Positions 28,658 to 39,345 of a DNA stretch of 64,000 nt are shown piece by piece; the first letter of the stretch is position 1, and each line of letters begins with the position of its first letter. The notes under the pieces are model-generated. The model was given only the letters and a program-made list of their open reading frames with translations, did no database searches and was not told the DNA's origin. Source of the DNA: Bacillus sp. (in: firmicutes). Its GTDB lineage: Bacteria; Bacillota; Bacilli; Bacillales; Cytobacillaceae. The DNA is taken from positions 265 to 64,264 of the forward strand of contig JBDOMM010000038.1 in assembly GCA_039832695.1 (NCBI GenBank). Direction: 5' to 3'. The position numbers were made by a program, and so were the translations under genes.

Positions 28658-29137
28658 TCACCCATCTAACTTCTTATTTTTGCTGAAAAAGAATAATAAA
28701 TATTTAATAAAGAACCCAATTATTAGTCCTGGTATTAAGAAAAGCATAGGTAAAAAAACAGGTCCAGGATGAACATGAAATACAGTAACCTTAGGTGATA
28801 CCATTAAGCCAACAGTGACAAAGTAAGCGCATGATACGAATGGCAAGAATGAATATCTTTCATTCTCTGGCATAGCGGCACGATAACCATCCCACATTGA
28901 AAACATATAAAGACACGGATAAAACATAAGCCATTGGTAGTCAATAACAGCTTCAGCCTGTTCAATTTTACCTAGGAAGCTGTACATTATGGCTAGGTTA
29001 AAGTTGCTCATTACATTCACAAGTATTTCTAAGAAGACAAACAAAATCCCTTTTATAAACTGTCCTATGATTAATTGGCTGAAACCTGGGAACGCAATAT
29101 TCCATAAAACGGCCTCTAATCTGCTCATCTTTTTCAT
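28658..29137 (-). CDS. Hypothetical membrane protein
   Basis: LWNIAFPGFSQL, YQWLMFYPCLYMFSMWD; 4 hydrophobic segments. Confidence 0.75.
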   Translation of the reverse strand: MKKMSRLEAVLWNIAFPGFSQLIIGQFIKGILFVFLEILVNVMSNFNLAIMYSFLGKIEQAEAVIDYQWLMFYPCLYMFSMWDGYRAAMPENERYSFLPFVSCAYFVTVGLMVSPKVTVFHVHPGPVFLPMLFLIPGLIIGFFIKYLLFFFSKNKKLDG

Positions 29138-29291
29138 AATGTTATCCCGCTTCTTTAGGCATTTTTTTAAGTAAATAACTGTTCAATTTAGCTTATCCAG
29201 TCTAAGGCCAAAATAAAAGGCTGAACAAAATTTTTCCCAAGTATATGGAAAAAACAGCGAAGAAATTTTCCCCGCTGTTTTAAATAAGAAT

Positions 29292-30869
29292 CTATTCGTG
29301 CTGATCCATTGGATTATATAGTTTAACTGTTGGATTTTTCTCCTGGAACCATCTAAGAGCAAATTCATTTTCAAATAAAAATACATAATGGTCGTAACGA
29401 TCTTTTACCAGCATGCTACGAGCACTCGATAAATTCTCATCAACTTCACCTTCTACCCAACGGGCAATCTTCGAACCCACTCGTTCCATTAAAACCTCTG
29501 CGTTATATTCATTTCTCATTCGATGTTCAAAAACTTCAAATTGCAACTGACCTACAGCGCCTAAGAGGTATTCTTCCATCCTAACAGTCTTAAAGAGCTG
29601 AATCGCTCCTTCTTGAACAAGCTGCTGAATACCTTTATAAAAGGATTTTTGCTTCATTACGTTTTTAGCAGAAACCCTCACATACAATTCAGGTGTAAAC
29701 TGCGGCAATCTTTCATATTGGAAATTATCTTTACCGGTTGTCAGTGTATCTCCAATCTGATATGTTCCCGTGTCATACAATCCAATAATATCTCCACTAA
29801 CTGCCTCATCCACTGTATTTCTTTCTTCAGCCATAAATGAGGTAGATTGAGAAAGCTTGAGCTGTTTCCCTAGACGAGGGATATTGACAGTCATCCCTCT
29901 CTCAAATTTACCTGAGCATACACGCACAAAGGCAATTCGATCACGATGTGCAGGGTTCATGTTCGCTTGAATCTTGAATACAAATCCTGAAAATTGTTCT
30001 CCTAATGGATCAATTTCTCCTATTGAAGAATTACGTGCTTTCGGTGGCGGAGCAAATTGCAGGTAGGATTCAAGGAAAGTCTGTACCCCAAAGTTTGTTA
30101 AAGCACTTCCAAAGAATACAGGGGTAAGTGCACCCGCTGCAATTTTCTCTGCTGAGAATTCATTACCAGCTTCATTTAATAGCATGATTTCATCCAATGT
30201 TTGATCGTAAAGTCCGGATGATTTTAACGGATGATCACCAGCAATTTCTCCCTCATCATTTAATGGGATAAATCGCTCATCATCATTCACACGGAACTGT
30301 TCCACTCGATTGTTGAATCGGTCATAGATGCCAAGGAATTCTTTCCCCATGCCAATTGGCCAATTCATAGGATAGGATTCAATTCCTAATACTTCTTCTA
30401 GCTCTGCAAGAAGCTCGAGGGGAGCTTTACCTTGTCGATCAAGCTTGTTCATAAATGTAAAGATAGGAATACCGCGCATACGGCATACTTTAAATAGCTT
30501 GAGTGTTTGTTCCTCAATCCCCTTAGCAGAGTCCACAATCATCACTGCACTGTCAACTGCCATTAAAGTTCTGTAAGTATCTTCACTGAAATCCTGGTGA
30601 CCAGGTGTATCCAGAATATTGACTCGGAACCCATCATAATCAAACTGCATCACACTGGAGGTTACGGAAATTCCCCGTTGCTTTTCAATTTCCATCCAGT
30701 CACTCGTTGCAAATTTACCTGTCTTCTTAGCTTTTACAGTCCCTGCATCACGAATGGCTCCACCAAATAATAATAATTTCTCCGTTAGTGTCGTTTTTCC
30801 GGCATCCGGGTGGGAAATAATCGCAAATGTCCGGCGCGACAATACTTCTTCTTTAAAATTGTTACCCAT
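29292..30869 (-). CDS. prfC: Peptide chain release factor 3
   Basis: [28 protein letters not shown]; start refined to 30869. Confidence 0.97.
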   Translation of the reverse strand: MGNNFKEEVLSRRTFAIISHPDAGKTTLTEKLLLFGGAIRDAGTVKAKKTGKFATSDWMEIEKQRGISVTSSVMQFDYDGFRVNILDTPGHQDFSEDTYRTLMAVDSAVMIVDSAKGIEEQTLKLFKVCRMRGIPIFTFMNKLDRQGKAPLELLAELEEVLGIESYPMNWPIGMGKEFLGIYDRFNNRVEQFRVNDDERFIPLNDEGEIAGDHPLKSSGLYDQTLDEIMLLNEAGNEFSAEKIAAGALTPVFFGSALTNFGVQTFLESYLQFAPPPKARNSSIGEIDPLGEQFSGFVFKIQANMNPAHRDRIAFVRVCSGKFERGMTVNIPRLGKQLKLSQSTSFMAEERNTVDEAVSGDIIGLYDTGTYQIGDTLTTGKDNFQYERLPQFTPELYVRVSAKNVMKQKSFYKGIQQLVQEGAIQLFKTVRMEEYLLGAVGQLQFEVFEHRMRNEYNAEVLMERVGSKIARWVEGEVDENLSSARSMLVKDRYDHYVFLFENEFALRWFQEKNPTVKLYNPMDQHE

Positions 30870-31057
30870 CTTGTCTTCCTCTCTTTTGACAATAAATAAA
30901 TTTTTTGTCCATAAGTTCAATCTTATCTCTCAAACGTGAACTTTGCAATATTTCAATTCACCAGCATAGATTATTTCTTTTATCCAGGTAAGGAAAAGAA
31001 TATAATGTATGTAAGCGGAAATAAATTGCCGTTAAATGTTCGTACTTGGGAGGAACC

Positions 31058-31309
31058 ATGGATACTACAACAATCGATTTAGATTTATTACGAAAAGCGT
31101 TCGAAGCTGTCCTCGTACAGAATAACGTGTCCTTCAGAAAAATTGGTATTGCAGAAGAAGGCGACCAACTATTATTTTTGTATGAAGGAAAGGACGAAAA
31201 AGTTCATGTTTTTAAATGGAGTAAAGCATCAAGTGTAGGAGTAAGTATTGGTGTACTTGCTCAAAGTGTATTAATGCCAATTATTCCTCATCTTCGCTTA
31301 TTATCTTAA
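31058..31309 (+). CDS. Small hypothetical protein
   Basis: GGAGG RBS before ATG 31058; followed by a hairpin terminator. Confidence 0.65.
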   Translation: MDTTTIDLDLLRKAFEAVLVQNNVSFRKIGIAEEGDQLLFLYEGKDEKVHVFKWSKASSVGVSIGVLAQSVLMPIIPHLRLLS

Positions 31310-31440
31310 TTCATATACACTTACCATCACCATGGTAGGTGTTTTCTTTTATCTACCTTTCACTTCCACCGATTCCCACATCCATTTTATTGGAAAATGC
31401 CCTATAATTAAGTATGACTTTGAGAAAGGAGATGACACTT

Positions 31441-33180
31441 ATGAACCGAAGTAAAAAAATAGTTTCAAAGCTTATTCCGCTAGTAACAGCGTTATTAATT
31501 ATCATCTCAGGCATCATTTGGTTTATTCAATCGACTAATAGCCAAACGACAATCCCTTTCTCTTCAGTAGAAGAAACCATAAAAGCACAAAACGGAAAAC
31601 CCGTTAACTTAATAGAACAACCAGACGGTAGTTTATATATAAAAGCAGGAAATGAAGAGTACGTATCCCATGTTCCACCTAACAGCCAAATGGTGGATAA
31701 GTTGATAGAAAAATACAATATTGAATATTCTTATTCCACTAGCAGCCGATATGGAAAATGGATAATGCTAGGTGTCATTTTACTATTTACCGGGGCAGCT
31801 ATTACATTGCAAAAAACTAAAGGTGGATTCAGCCTTCGTAACTCGATGAAAAGCAGTGTAGCTAAATCTCGTCCATTGCCTACCATTTCATTAAAAGATG
31901 TAGGTGGGCTTGGTGAAGAAATGAAAGAGGAAATACTGCAAACACTTTCTACGTTAAAGGAACCTGAACGGGCATTGAAATTAGGCATTAAACCTCCTAA
32001 AGGGATCTTACTTTACGGACCTCCCGGGACTGGTAAAACATTATTAGCACAAGCAATTGCTCGTGAACTGAATGCATCCTTTTTCTCTTCAAGTGGCTCT
32101 GCATTTAATGAACTTTTTGTTGGAGTTGGTGCGAGTCGAGTTCGGTCCCTGTTCCAAGCAGCTAGAAAACAGGCACCAGCAGTAATATTCATAGATGAAG
32201 TGGATGCTTTAGCCGGAAGACGTAAAGCTCATGGCGGGGAAGAAGCAGAAAAAACTCTAACTGAACTACTTGTACAGCTTGATGGAGGCCATATAAATGA
32301 TGGGATCTTATTTGTTGCCGCAACAAATAGAAAAGATATGTTAGATGAAGCCTTCCTTCGTCCCGGAAGAATAGATTTTTCTTTCCATGTACCACTACCA
32401 GATACAAAAGGAAGAAAAGAAATTATTGATATTCATACTAGAGGGAAAGCACTAGCTGAGGATGTTTATGCTTCATTAGATGATTTGGCAGAAAGTACCT
32501 CAGGCTTCTCTGGAGCAGAATTACAATCCCTTTTTGAAACCGCAAGCAGACGAGCGGTTCGAAACAATCAAGAAACCATAAAAAAACAAGACCTTGATTA
32601 TGCATTAGATCGAACCATTTTAGGAAGTACGTCTCGTTCTTTAAAGGATCAAGCAACCAAACGGAGAGTTGCGATACACGAGGCTGGACATGCAATTGTC
32701 GCATCCCTAACAAAGCCTGGTTCTGTTAGAAAAGCAACAATTATTCCACGTGGAGAAGCGCTTGGTTATGTTGCACCTATCCCCCAAGAGCTCCATTTAT
32801 CCACACATTCGGATTTACTTGACCGTGTTGCCATGGTGTTAGCAGGCGGAGTGGCAGAAAGATTGTTATTAGGTGAACATAGCATCGGCGTTAGCGGCGA
32901 TGTACAGCAGGCAAAACAACTGATTGAACAAATGGTTGATACTGGCTTACTCGAAGATGGCTTTACTTTGACTTTTAATAAAACTGACAAAGAAGCTAAA
33001 ATGCAGGAGCTTTTTGCAAAAGGCTTAGAAAAAGCGGAAAATTTGATTCAAACTCATTATGATCAGTATCAGCAATTAGTTGATGCATTATTAAAGAAAG
33101 AAACACTAGAAGGTTCCGAAGTAGAAGCCATTGTTCGGAACTCCACGAAATCAATAACTGAAGAACTTGTATTAGCCTAG
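31441..33180 (+). CDS. FtsH-like membrane AAA+ zinc metalloprotease (paralogue)
   Basis: 2 TM helices, GPPGTGKT, FVG pore loop, FIDEVD, ATNR..LD.A.LRPGR.D, HEAGH, SGD. Confidence 0.9.
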   Translation: MNRSKKIVSKLIPLVTALLIIISGIIWFIQSTNSQTTIPFSSVEETIKAQNGKPVNLIEQPDGSLYIKAGNEEYVSHVPPNSQMVDKLIEKYNIEYSYSTSSRYGKWIMLGVILLFTGAAITLQKTKGGFSLRNSMKSSVAKSRPLPTISLKDVGGLGEEMKEEILQTLSTLKEPERALKLGIKPPKGILLYGPPGTGKTLLAQAIARELNASFFSSSGSAFNELFVGVGASRVRSLFQAARKQAPAVIFIDEVDALAGRRKAHGGEEAEKTLTELLVQLDGGHINDGILFVAATNRKDMLDEAFLRPGRIDFSFHVPLPDTKGRKEIIDIHTRGKALAEDVYASLDDLAESTSGFSGAELQSLFETASRRAVRNNQETIKKQDLDYALDRTILGSTSRSLKDQATKRRVAIHEAGHAIVASLTKPGSVRKATIIPRGEALGYVAPIPQELHLSTHSDLLDRVAMVLAGGVAERLLLGEHSIGVSGDVQQAKQLIEQMVDTGLLEDGFTLTFNKTDKEAKMQELFAKGLEKAENLIQTHYDQYQQLVDALLKKETLEGSEVEAIVRNSTKSITEELVLA

Positions 33181-33274
33181 CCTAGAAGAGACTAACTTTA
33201 GTTAGTCTCTTTTTTAAAGAAGTTTTGTTTTATGTATTACGTGGTAAACTATAGGGAAACTTCGAATAAGGGAT

Positions 33275-33703
33275 GTGATAGGGTTGTTAGGTAAAAAGTT
33301 CCTAATTGAAAAAGAACAGAAAGTATACAATAAGGAAGCAAGTAATTACATCGACAATCCGAAAAAAATTTCAGGGTTGTTGAATAAGGCTATAACCAAA
33401 GCAAATTTGCGGTATAAGGGCTTAGGGGAAGCACGCGAAAAACTGCAGTTATTATTTGACTTGATAAAGGCTTACTCTAAAGGCGAATATAAAGATGTTT
33501 CCAAAAGTACAATTATTACGGTTATTGGTGCCATTCTCTATTTTGTCTCTCCATTTGATTTCGTTCCTGATTTTGTGATTGGTCTTGGGATTATCGACGA
33601 TGCAGCCGTGATTGGCTATACCGTTAAAAAGATAGCTGGAGAACTAGAAGCATTCCAGCAGTGGAAAAATCCAAAAGTAATAAATAAAACCCCGCTTGAA
33701 TAA
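33275..33703 (+). CDS. DUF1232/YkvA-family protein
   Basis: YFVSPFDFVPDF..GLG..DDAAV motif. Confidence 0.85.
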   Translation: MIGLLGKKFLIEKEQKVYNKEASNYIDNPKKISGLLNKAITKANLRYKGLGEAREKLQLLFDLIKAYSKGEYKDVSKSTIITVIGAILYFVSPFDFVPDFVIGLGIIDDAAVIGYTVKKIAGELEAFQQWKNPKVINKTPLE

Positions 33704-33718
33704 TAAGCGGGGTTTTCC

Positions 33719-34267
33719 TTAACTGGCGAATCTATGGTTGCCTATTTCTTCTGTAACCGGTCTTGTACGAAGCCATTTGCTGTCTGTTTGATCTGGATTA
33801 AAAAAATAAAGAGCTTTAGTCACTTTTCCATCCTTCTCAATTGCTTCTTCTACAGCTTTTTTAGCTTCCTCCCCTGCCGGTTTATTAATCATGCCATTGT
33901 CAACGGGTTGAAATTGTTTATCTTGATAGATTACCTGCTGAATAGAATCTGGAAATTGTTCATTATCTACTCGGTTAAGCACAACCGCAGCGACAGCAAC
34001 CTTACCTTGATAAGGTTCTCCCTTTGCTTCAGCTGTTACTAACCTAGCTAACAAGTCCTTTTCTTTCTCCGTAATTTTCATTTTTTTCAATTCATCTTTG
34101 GAATTCCCGTATTGTACAGAGATTTCTCTTAGCGTTTCACGTTTTGTCACTTTATGAACCTTAGTAGGATCTATATTTTTAGCATCTACGGTTAAAGGTA
34201 CATTAGCATAATTCAGCAGGATGAAGAAGACAACGACAGATAATAAAAAAGAAACCATTCGTTTCAT
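33719..34267 (-). CDS. Cell wall hydrolase (SleB/CwlJ Hydrolase_2 family, YkvT-like)
   Basis: LLARLVTAEAKGEPYQGKVAVAAVVLNRV, QFQPV, IGNHRF; signal peptide and LysM-like remnant. Confidence 0.9.
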   Translation of the reverse strand: MKRMVSFLLSVVVFFILLNYANVPLTVDAKNIDPTKVHKVTKRETLREISVQYGNSKDELKKMKITEKEKDLLARLVTAEAKGEPYQGKVAVAAVVLNRVDNEQFPDSIQQVIYQDKQFQPVDNGMINKPAGEEAKKAVEEAIEKDGKVTKALYFFNPDQTDSKWLRTRPVTEEIGNHRFAS

Positions 34268-34437
34268 TACATGTCCCCCTTTATCCATTTCATTTTTTTC
34301 AACCTACTAACCGTAACATGAATAGCTGTCATGTCCAACCACAAAAACTTTCCATGGAAAAAAAGGAAAAGCAAGGAAGCATCCTTGCTTTTCTATGAGG
34401 CAATATTAATACCTTACCTCAATATATTTTTCATTGA

Positions 34438-34584
34438 CTACCATCTAAAGCAAGCTGCACCTACGATAATTAAAAGAATGAATAATACAACGATTAAAGC
34501 GAATCCACCGCCAAAACCGCAACCTCCATATCCGTAACCACCGTAGCCACAGCAACCTCCACCATAACCATATCCACCAAACAT
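34438..34584 (-). CDS. YjcZ/SscA-family sporulation microprotein (48 aa)
   Basis: Hand-translated GY-rich N-terminus plus [18 protein letters not shown]; GGAGG RBS. Confidence 0.9.
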   Translation of the reverse strand: MFGGYGYGGGCCGYGGYGYGGCGFGGGFALIVVLFILLIIVGAACFRW

Positions 34585-34606
34585 TTAAATTCCTCCTTTT
34601 ATATTA

Positions 34607-34711
34607 TTAATAGAATGGGGTACACCAAGAAGCACCAATAATGATTAACAAAATAAATAAAACGACTAGTAGGGCAAATCCGCCGCCATAGCCACCCACT
34701 GCACCAGACAT
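34607..34711 (-). CDS. YjcZ/SscA-family sporulation microprotein (34 aa)
   Basis: Hand-translated [34 protein letters not shown]; GGAGG RBS. Confidence 0.9.
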   Translation of the reverse strand: MSGAVGGYGGGFALLVVLFILLIIIGASWCTPFY

Positions 34712-34950
34712 TTACATTACCTCCTTTTCTTAATTCCTTATATCTATATTCACCTAGATAAAAATGTGCGATAGACATATATCCCTAATAGTACATTTTG
34801 TAAAAAAAGAATAAGCCCATCTTTATGCTATAGGCAGATGCCATTTTGGTATTACTGTCCCTTAGTTATATCGAGTCTCTTTACAAAGTTGACTTTTATC
34901 TGCAGATTCCTTACCATGATTGACATCAACCATAGTTAGGGGTCAATTCA

Positions 34951-35787
34951 TTGAGATCATTTGCAACCATTATAATCTTAATTTTTATGGTCGCTTATCG
35001 AATCGGAAAAAAATTATCCAAGGATGGGAAAGGTCAATCACTGATTAAAATTGGTCACCGGGGAGCAGCCGCATATTGTCCGGAGAATACTTATGCTTCT
35101 TTTAATAAAGCGTTAGAGTTAGGGATAGATTACCTTGAAATCGACATTCAGATGACAAAAGATGGGGAAATTGTTGTAATCCATGATCCAACGGTTAATC
35201 GAACCACAAATGCAAAGGGAAGAGTGAAGGATTTTACCTTAAGGGAAATACAAAAACTCGATGCAGGCAGTTGGTTTCATCCTACATTTTCAAACGAAAG
35301 AATCCCTTCATTTTCTGAATTCCTTGATACGTATGCTGGTAAAGTGGGATTATTAATTGAATTAAAAAAGCCCTCTTTGTATCCAGGCATTGAAGAAAAG
35401 GTAGCCAGTGAACTATTGAAGAGAGGACTTGATACAGGGGAGGATGATCAAATTATTGTTCAATCCTTTGATCAAAATGCAATGAAAAACTTCCATCACC
35501 TCCTTCCAAAAGTACCAATTGGCATTTTAGTAAAGAAAGCAGCGATTAACGGTTTGTCACATAAAGAACTTTCATCCTATTCAAATTACGCTACCTATGT
35601 AAATCCAAAAGTGACAATGGTTAATAAAAGACTCATCCGAAGAATTCACCATTATGGTTTTAAAACCATGATTTGGACAGTGAATAAAAATAGTGATATT
35701 CGCCGGTTAAAGCATTTCTCTGTTGATGGAATGATAAGTGACTATCCAGATTTACTCTCCAATAAAAAAGACAGCTCACCTTATTAG
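34951..35787 (+). CDS. Glycerophosphodiester phosphodiesterase (GDPD)
   Basis: IGHRGAAAYCPENT, LEIDIQMTKDG..VVIHD, IELK. Confidence 0.92.
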   Translation: MRSFATIIILIFMVAYRIGKKLSKDGKGQSLIKIGHRGAAAYCPENTYASFNKALELGIDYLEIDIQMTKDGEIVVIHDPTVNRTTNAKGRVKDFTLREIQKLDAGSWFHPTFSNERIPSFSEFLDTYAGKVGLLIELKKPSLYPGIEEKVASELLKRGLDTGEDDQIIVQSFDQNAMKNFHHLLPKVPIGILVKKAAINGLSHKELSSYSNYATYVNPKVTMVNKRLIRRIHHYGFKTMIWTVNKNSDIRRLKHFSVDGMISDYPDLLSNKKDSSPY

Positions 35788-35804
35788 GTATGAGCTGTCT
35801 TTTT

Positions 35805-36638
35805 TTATAGGAAAACTACTAGATATATAACTATAGCAAGTACAATTCGATACAAAGCAAACGGCATTAACTTAATTTTATTGATCAGTTTTAAGAAAAA
35901 GCGAATCGATAATAACGCAAAAATAAAAGCACTAATAAATCCAGCAATAAAGAACGGAAGAGCATCCAAAGTCATATATTGCCAGTTTTTTAACAACGAA
36001 AGCAAACTTGCCCCAGCCATAATCGGTACAGCCATAATAAAGGTAAAATCAGCTGCTGCACGGTGGCTCATCCCCACTAAAACACCACCTGAGATGGTTG
36101 AACCCGAACGAGAAAAGCCTGGCCAAAGCGAGAAGCATTGAAATAGCCCAACAGCTATAGCTTGTCCATAGGATATTTGATCAACTGTTTGTACTTTAGG
36201 TTTTTTTGGTCCAATTAAATCAGCAAGAATCATAAACACGGCACCAATAACTAACCCAATTAATACAGTAGCCGTGGAAAATAAATGATCATCAATATAA
36301 TCGTTAAAGAGTACACCTAAAACTCCTGCAGGAATTAAGCCTACTATTACATGGGTTAGTTTTAGACGATTTTCTTTCTTTTCATGCCCTTTTCTAAATC
36401 GTCCTAATCCTAACAAGTCAAAAAAACGTTCCCAAAAGGTAACAACAACTGCAAGGATAGATCCAAGCTGAATAACCACCTTAAAAGTATTGGCTCCATG
36501 TTGTGTTAGAAATTTTTCAGATTTAAGCCATAAATCGTCAACAATGATCATGTGTCCGGTTGAAGAAACAGGTGCGAATTCTGTAGCACCTTCCACTAGT
36601 CCCAGAATAATTGCTTTAATATACAAAAGTAATTCCAT
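35805..36638 (-). CDS. uppP: Undecaprenyl-diphosphate phosphatase
   Basis: GLVEGATEFAPVSSTGH, PGFSRSGSTI. Confidence 0.95.
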   Translation of the reverse strand: MELLLYIKAIILGLVEGATEFAPVSSTGHMIIVDDLWLKSEKFLTQHGANTFKVVIQLGSILAVVVTFWERFFDLLGLGRFRKGHEKKENRLKLTHVIVGLIPAGVLGVLFNDYIDDHLFSTATVLIGLVIGAVFMILADLIGPKKPKVQTVDQISYGQAIAVGLFQCFSLWPGFSRSGSTISGGVLVGMSHRAAADFTFIMAVPIMAGASLLSLLKNWQYMTLDALPFFIAGFISAFIFALLSIRFFLKLINKIKLMPFALYRIVLAIVIYLVVFL

Positions 36639-36775
36639 GTTGTTAAATTCTCCTAACTTTTTTAATGCTAAAAAAATATAGTTATGACAAATAACTCTCC
36701 CATTTTACTCATTAACCAATTGAATAGCAATAATTTTTTTGAAAATAATAAAGTCACTTTTCTATTGTATAACGT

Positions 36776-37957
36776 TTATTGAATAATTCCCAATCTTATT
36801 GCCTTCACTGCTACTTCCGTTCTATTTTGTGCGTTTAGTCTTTTCATGATATTGGATATGTAATCTCTAACTGTAAACTCACTTAAATAAAGCTTTAAAG
36901 CAGCTTCCGCAGTGGAAGCACCTTCAGCCAGCAGTTTAATAATTTCAATTTCTCTAGGTGATAAGGATATCGAATCCGCTTCTGTATATTTTGGTTTCTT
37001 TATATCTGCTCCAATAAATTTTGATAAGAGTTCTCCTGAGCTTTGCCCAAACTTCATTAATGCCGGGAATAAGCTTGTATCAACCGTAAATTGTTTTCCG
37101 GGACCTTTATCTAGAACGACACCACCAATTATTTTCCCCTCTTCTGGTACATAAATCGGGACTATCATTAATGAGGTGAGTCCAAATTTTTCTACATATT
37201 TTCCAGGGAGTGCATTCTCGGCAACAGGGATATAAATAGGCTGAAAATTTTTCATTTCATGTCCCTGTGACTTTAATTTCACAAGACTCTCATTAAGAAC
37301 TGGAATATTACTTATTTTTTCGGCAATCGCTTGAATCTCATTAGTATCTAAATGATGACCAAACAACCCCACCCCTACACTTTCTTTATTGGTAAACTTA
37401 AAAAGGGCACATCGCTCAAAGGGGAGAAAATAGCCAAAACCAAAGGAAATATTTTCAACTGATTCCTGAAAATTTTGCGAGCGAATGATCCACTCATTAA
37501 ATAAGATAACTGCATCTTTCCAAATACTTGACGTCTCCTTTTCGGAATTAAACAGCATCACTTCGCCAATTTTTGAAAATAAATAATGGACAGAAGGATG
37601 CAATTTAGAGGAGTAGGCGATTCTAGATTTTAATACCTTATGGGCTGCGTTTTCCAACAGGTTCAAATGAAATATTAAAGCCTCAGGTTCTGGTTTCCGT
37701 CCGAAATGGGAATACCAATCATCTTGCAGTTCATTTAACATTCTATAGATATCAACTGTTTCATCATTAATTAACTGAAAAAATTTTAAAAGAGACTCAC
37801 TAATAAATTCAAATACAGCAGTTGATTTTTTCTTTGTATTTTTAAGGGATTGGAGCATTAATCTCCATTCCTCATTAAGGTCTATTTGATATTGATATAA
37901 AAGTTTAACAGCATCTTTTAAAAGATTATCCAAATGGTGGTTTAATGACCTCGACAT
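36776..37957 (-). CDS. Large LuxR-type C-terminal HTH regulator with GAF-like sensory region
   Basis: C-terminal LSPREIEIIKLLAEG...SEFTVRDYISNIMKRL..QNRTEVAVKAIRLG; no receiver domain recognised. Confidence 0.85.
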   Translation of the reverse strand: MSRSLNHHLDNLLKDAVKLLYQYQIDLNEEWRLMLQSLKNTKKKSTAVFEFISESLLKFFQLINDETVDIYRMLNELQDDWYSHFGRKPEPEALIFHLNLLENAAHKVLKSRIAYSSKLHPSVHYLFSKIGEVMLFNSEKETSSIWKDAVILFNEWIIRSQNFQESVENISFGFGYFLPFERCALFKFTNKESVGVGLFGHHLDTNEIQAIAEKISNIPVLNESLVKLKSQGHEMKNFQPIYIPVAENALPGKYVEKFGLTSLMIVPIYVPEEGKIIGGVVLDKGPGKQFTVDTSLFPALMKFGQSSGELLSKFIGADIKKPKYTEADSISLSPREIEIIKLLAEGASTAEAALKLYLSEFTVRDYISNIMKRLNAQNRTEVAVKAIRLGIIQ

Positions 37958-38130
37958 TTCACACACTCTCCATTCAATGAACATCTACGCTGTTATTTTT
38001 TAGTAATAAACCCATAGAATGTATCTATACATAATTCCGTTAATCACGTCAAAATTCCTGCTTATATTCTATGAATTTCTCTATTTCGCAGGATAATATT
38101 CTTAGAAAACCTCCAAAAAACAGGAAAAAC

Positions 38131-38148
38131 TTCCTACAAATGTAGGGA
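38131..38148. promoter_or_regulatory. Inverted repeat, candidate LuxR-family binding site
   Basis: TTCCTACA-AA-TGTAGGGA just upstream of TTTCTA-N17-TAAAAT, between the divergent genes. Confidence 0.5.
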
Positions 38149-38251
38149 TTTCTAAATTTACAAACTTATCTTAAAATTGTGACGAGTAGTGTAAGCATTT
38201 ATATTTTTCCTGCTTACCCTTTCAAAAAATGAAATAAAAGGAGGAAAGAGA

Positions 38252-38863
38252 ATGAATTTAGCAACAGAAACAGTCATTATTGGGGGGCAAACGGTAAAGA
38301 AAAGGCTTTTATTTGCGTTATTAGGTGGATTTGTATTCTTTGGTTCACTACTGGGCCTGTTTGGAGTAACCGGTGTAGCGGCCGCTGTGCCACTAAGTGG
38401 TGTTGGGGAATTTACTGTAAGTTTCGATAAAATGGTAGGAAAAGACTTTCAATTATTAGGCGGAATGGCTGATAGTGTTTCACGACAAAATAACCCTGTC
38501 GCTGTTAATAAGATTAAACACGCTACTATTTATGGCTTAGAAATTTCTAAAGAAGTCTCTATTCCAGGACTGCCAACTTTCAGAGTAGTAATCGAATCAA
38601 AAAATCCTGATAATCCAGTTGAAATTGACGGGTTATTACAAAAAGCTACTGTTGTTTCAGGTGATGCTGTGTTTACTAACATGGAAATGAAAGAAACATA
38701 TGTTGCTGATAAAGATCCATTAACACAAGCAGCTGAGGGCTTCACTCAAAGTGCAAACACAATTACTATTAACAAAGGTGTTTTAAAAACCTTATACCTC
38801 TGGCAGGATAAAGTATCTTTATCTAATATGAAAGTGTTCTTTGAAATTCCAGACAAGAAATAA
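38252..38863 (+). CDS. Secreted beta-rich protein, DUF6230-like
   Basis: GGQTVKKR + hydrophobic stretch + GVAAA leader, similar to recalled actinobacterial DUF6230 leaders; beta-pattern body. Confidence 0.65.
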   Translation: MNLATETVIIGGQTVKKRLLFALLGGFVFFGSLLGLFGVTGVAAAVPLSGVGEFTVSFDKMVGKDFQLLGGMADSVSRQNNPVAVNKIKHATIYGLEISKEVSIPGLPTFRVVIESKNPDNPVEIDGLLQKATVVSGDAVFTNMEMKETYVADKDPLTQAAEGFTQSANTITINKGVLKTLYLWQDKVSLSNMKVFFEIPDKK

Positions 38864-38892
38864 CCATAACCATCATAGAAAATTGAGTAAGG

Positions 38893-39342
38893 ATGATAAA
38901 AATGAATTCTACTTATTCAAAACGTGAGAGGTTTAAGAATTGGAGAGCAAGGCGCCCTTTTTGGGGGGCGACCTTGTCATCCCTTTCAGGACTAATCATT
39001 TTATACGTACCAGCACAGCTTTATGAACTTGCAGCAACCCCTGGTAGCACATTGTTTGCAGGCTTCTTTCTAGGAGGCTTAACAATGCTAATGGGCGTTT
39101 TGGCATTTTTTATGCCTAGATTATCAACATTGCTTGGAATTTTAGCTATGTTCGCGGCAGTTCTTTCCATTTTAGGTGCATTAGGAGGGCTTTTCATCGG
39201 AACCATTCTCGGAATCATTGGTGGAGCAATGATGATTGCTTGGAAACCTGAGATTGCACAAAGGGAAACAAGTATACAATCACAACCTGATCAAATAGCT
39301 GAAAAAGAAGTGGCATCTGGAAAGGACGTTTTACCGGATTAA
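38893..39342 (+). CDS. Membrane protein, DUF6114-like
   Basis: WRARRPFWG and LGGLFIGTILGIIGGAMMIAW motifs; 4 TM. Confidence 0.75.
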   Translation: MIKMNSTYSKRERFKNWRARRPFWGATLSSLSGLIILYVPAQLYELAATPGSTLFAGFFLGGLTMLMGVLAFFMPRLSTLLGILAMFAAVLSILGALGGLFIGTILGIIGGAMMIAWKPEIAQRETSIQSQPDQIAEKEVASGKDVLPD

Positions 39343-39345
39343 AAT

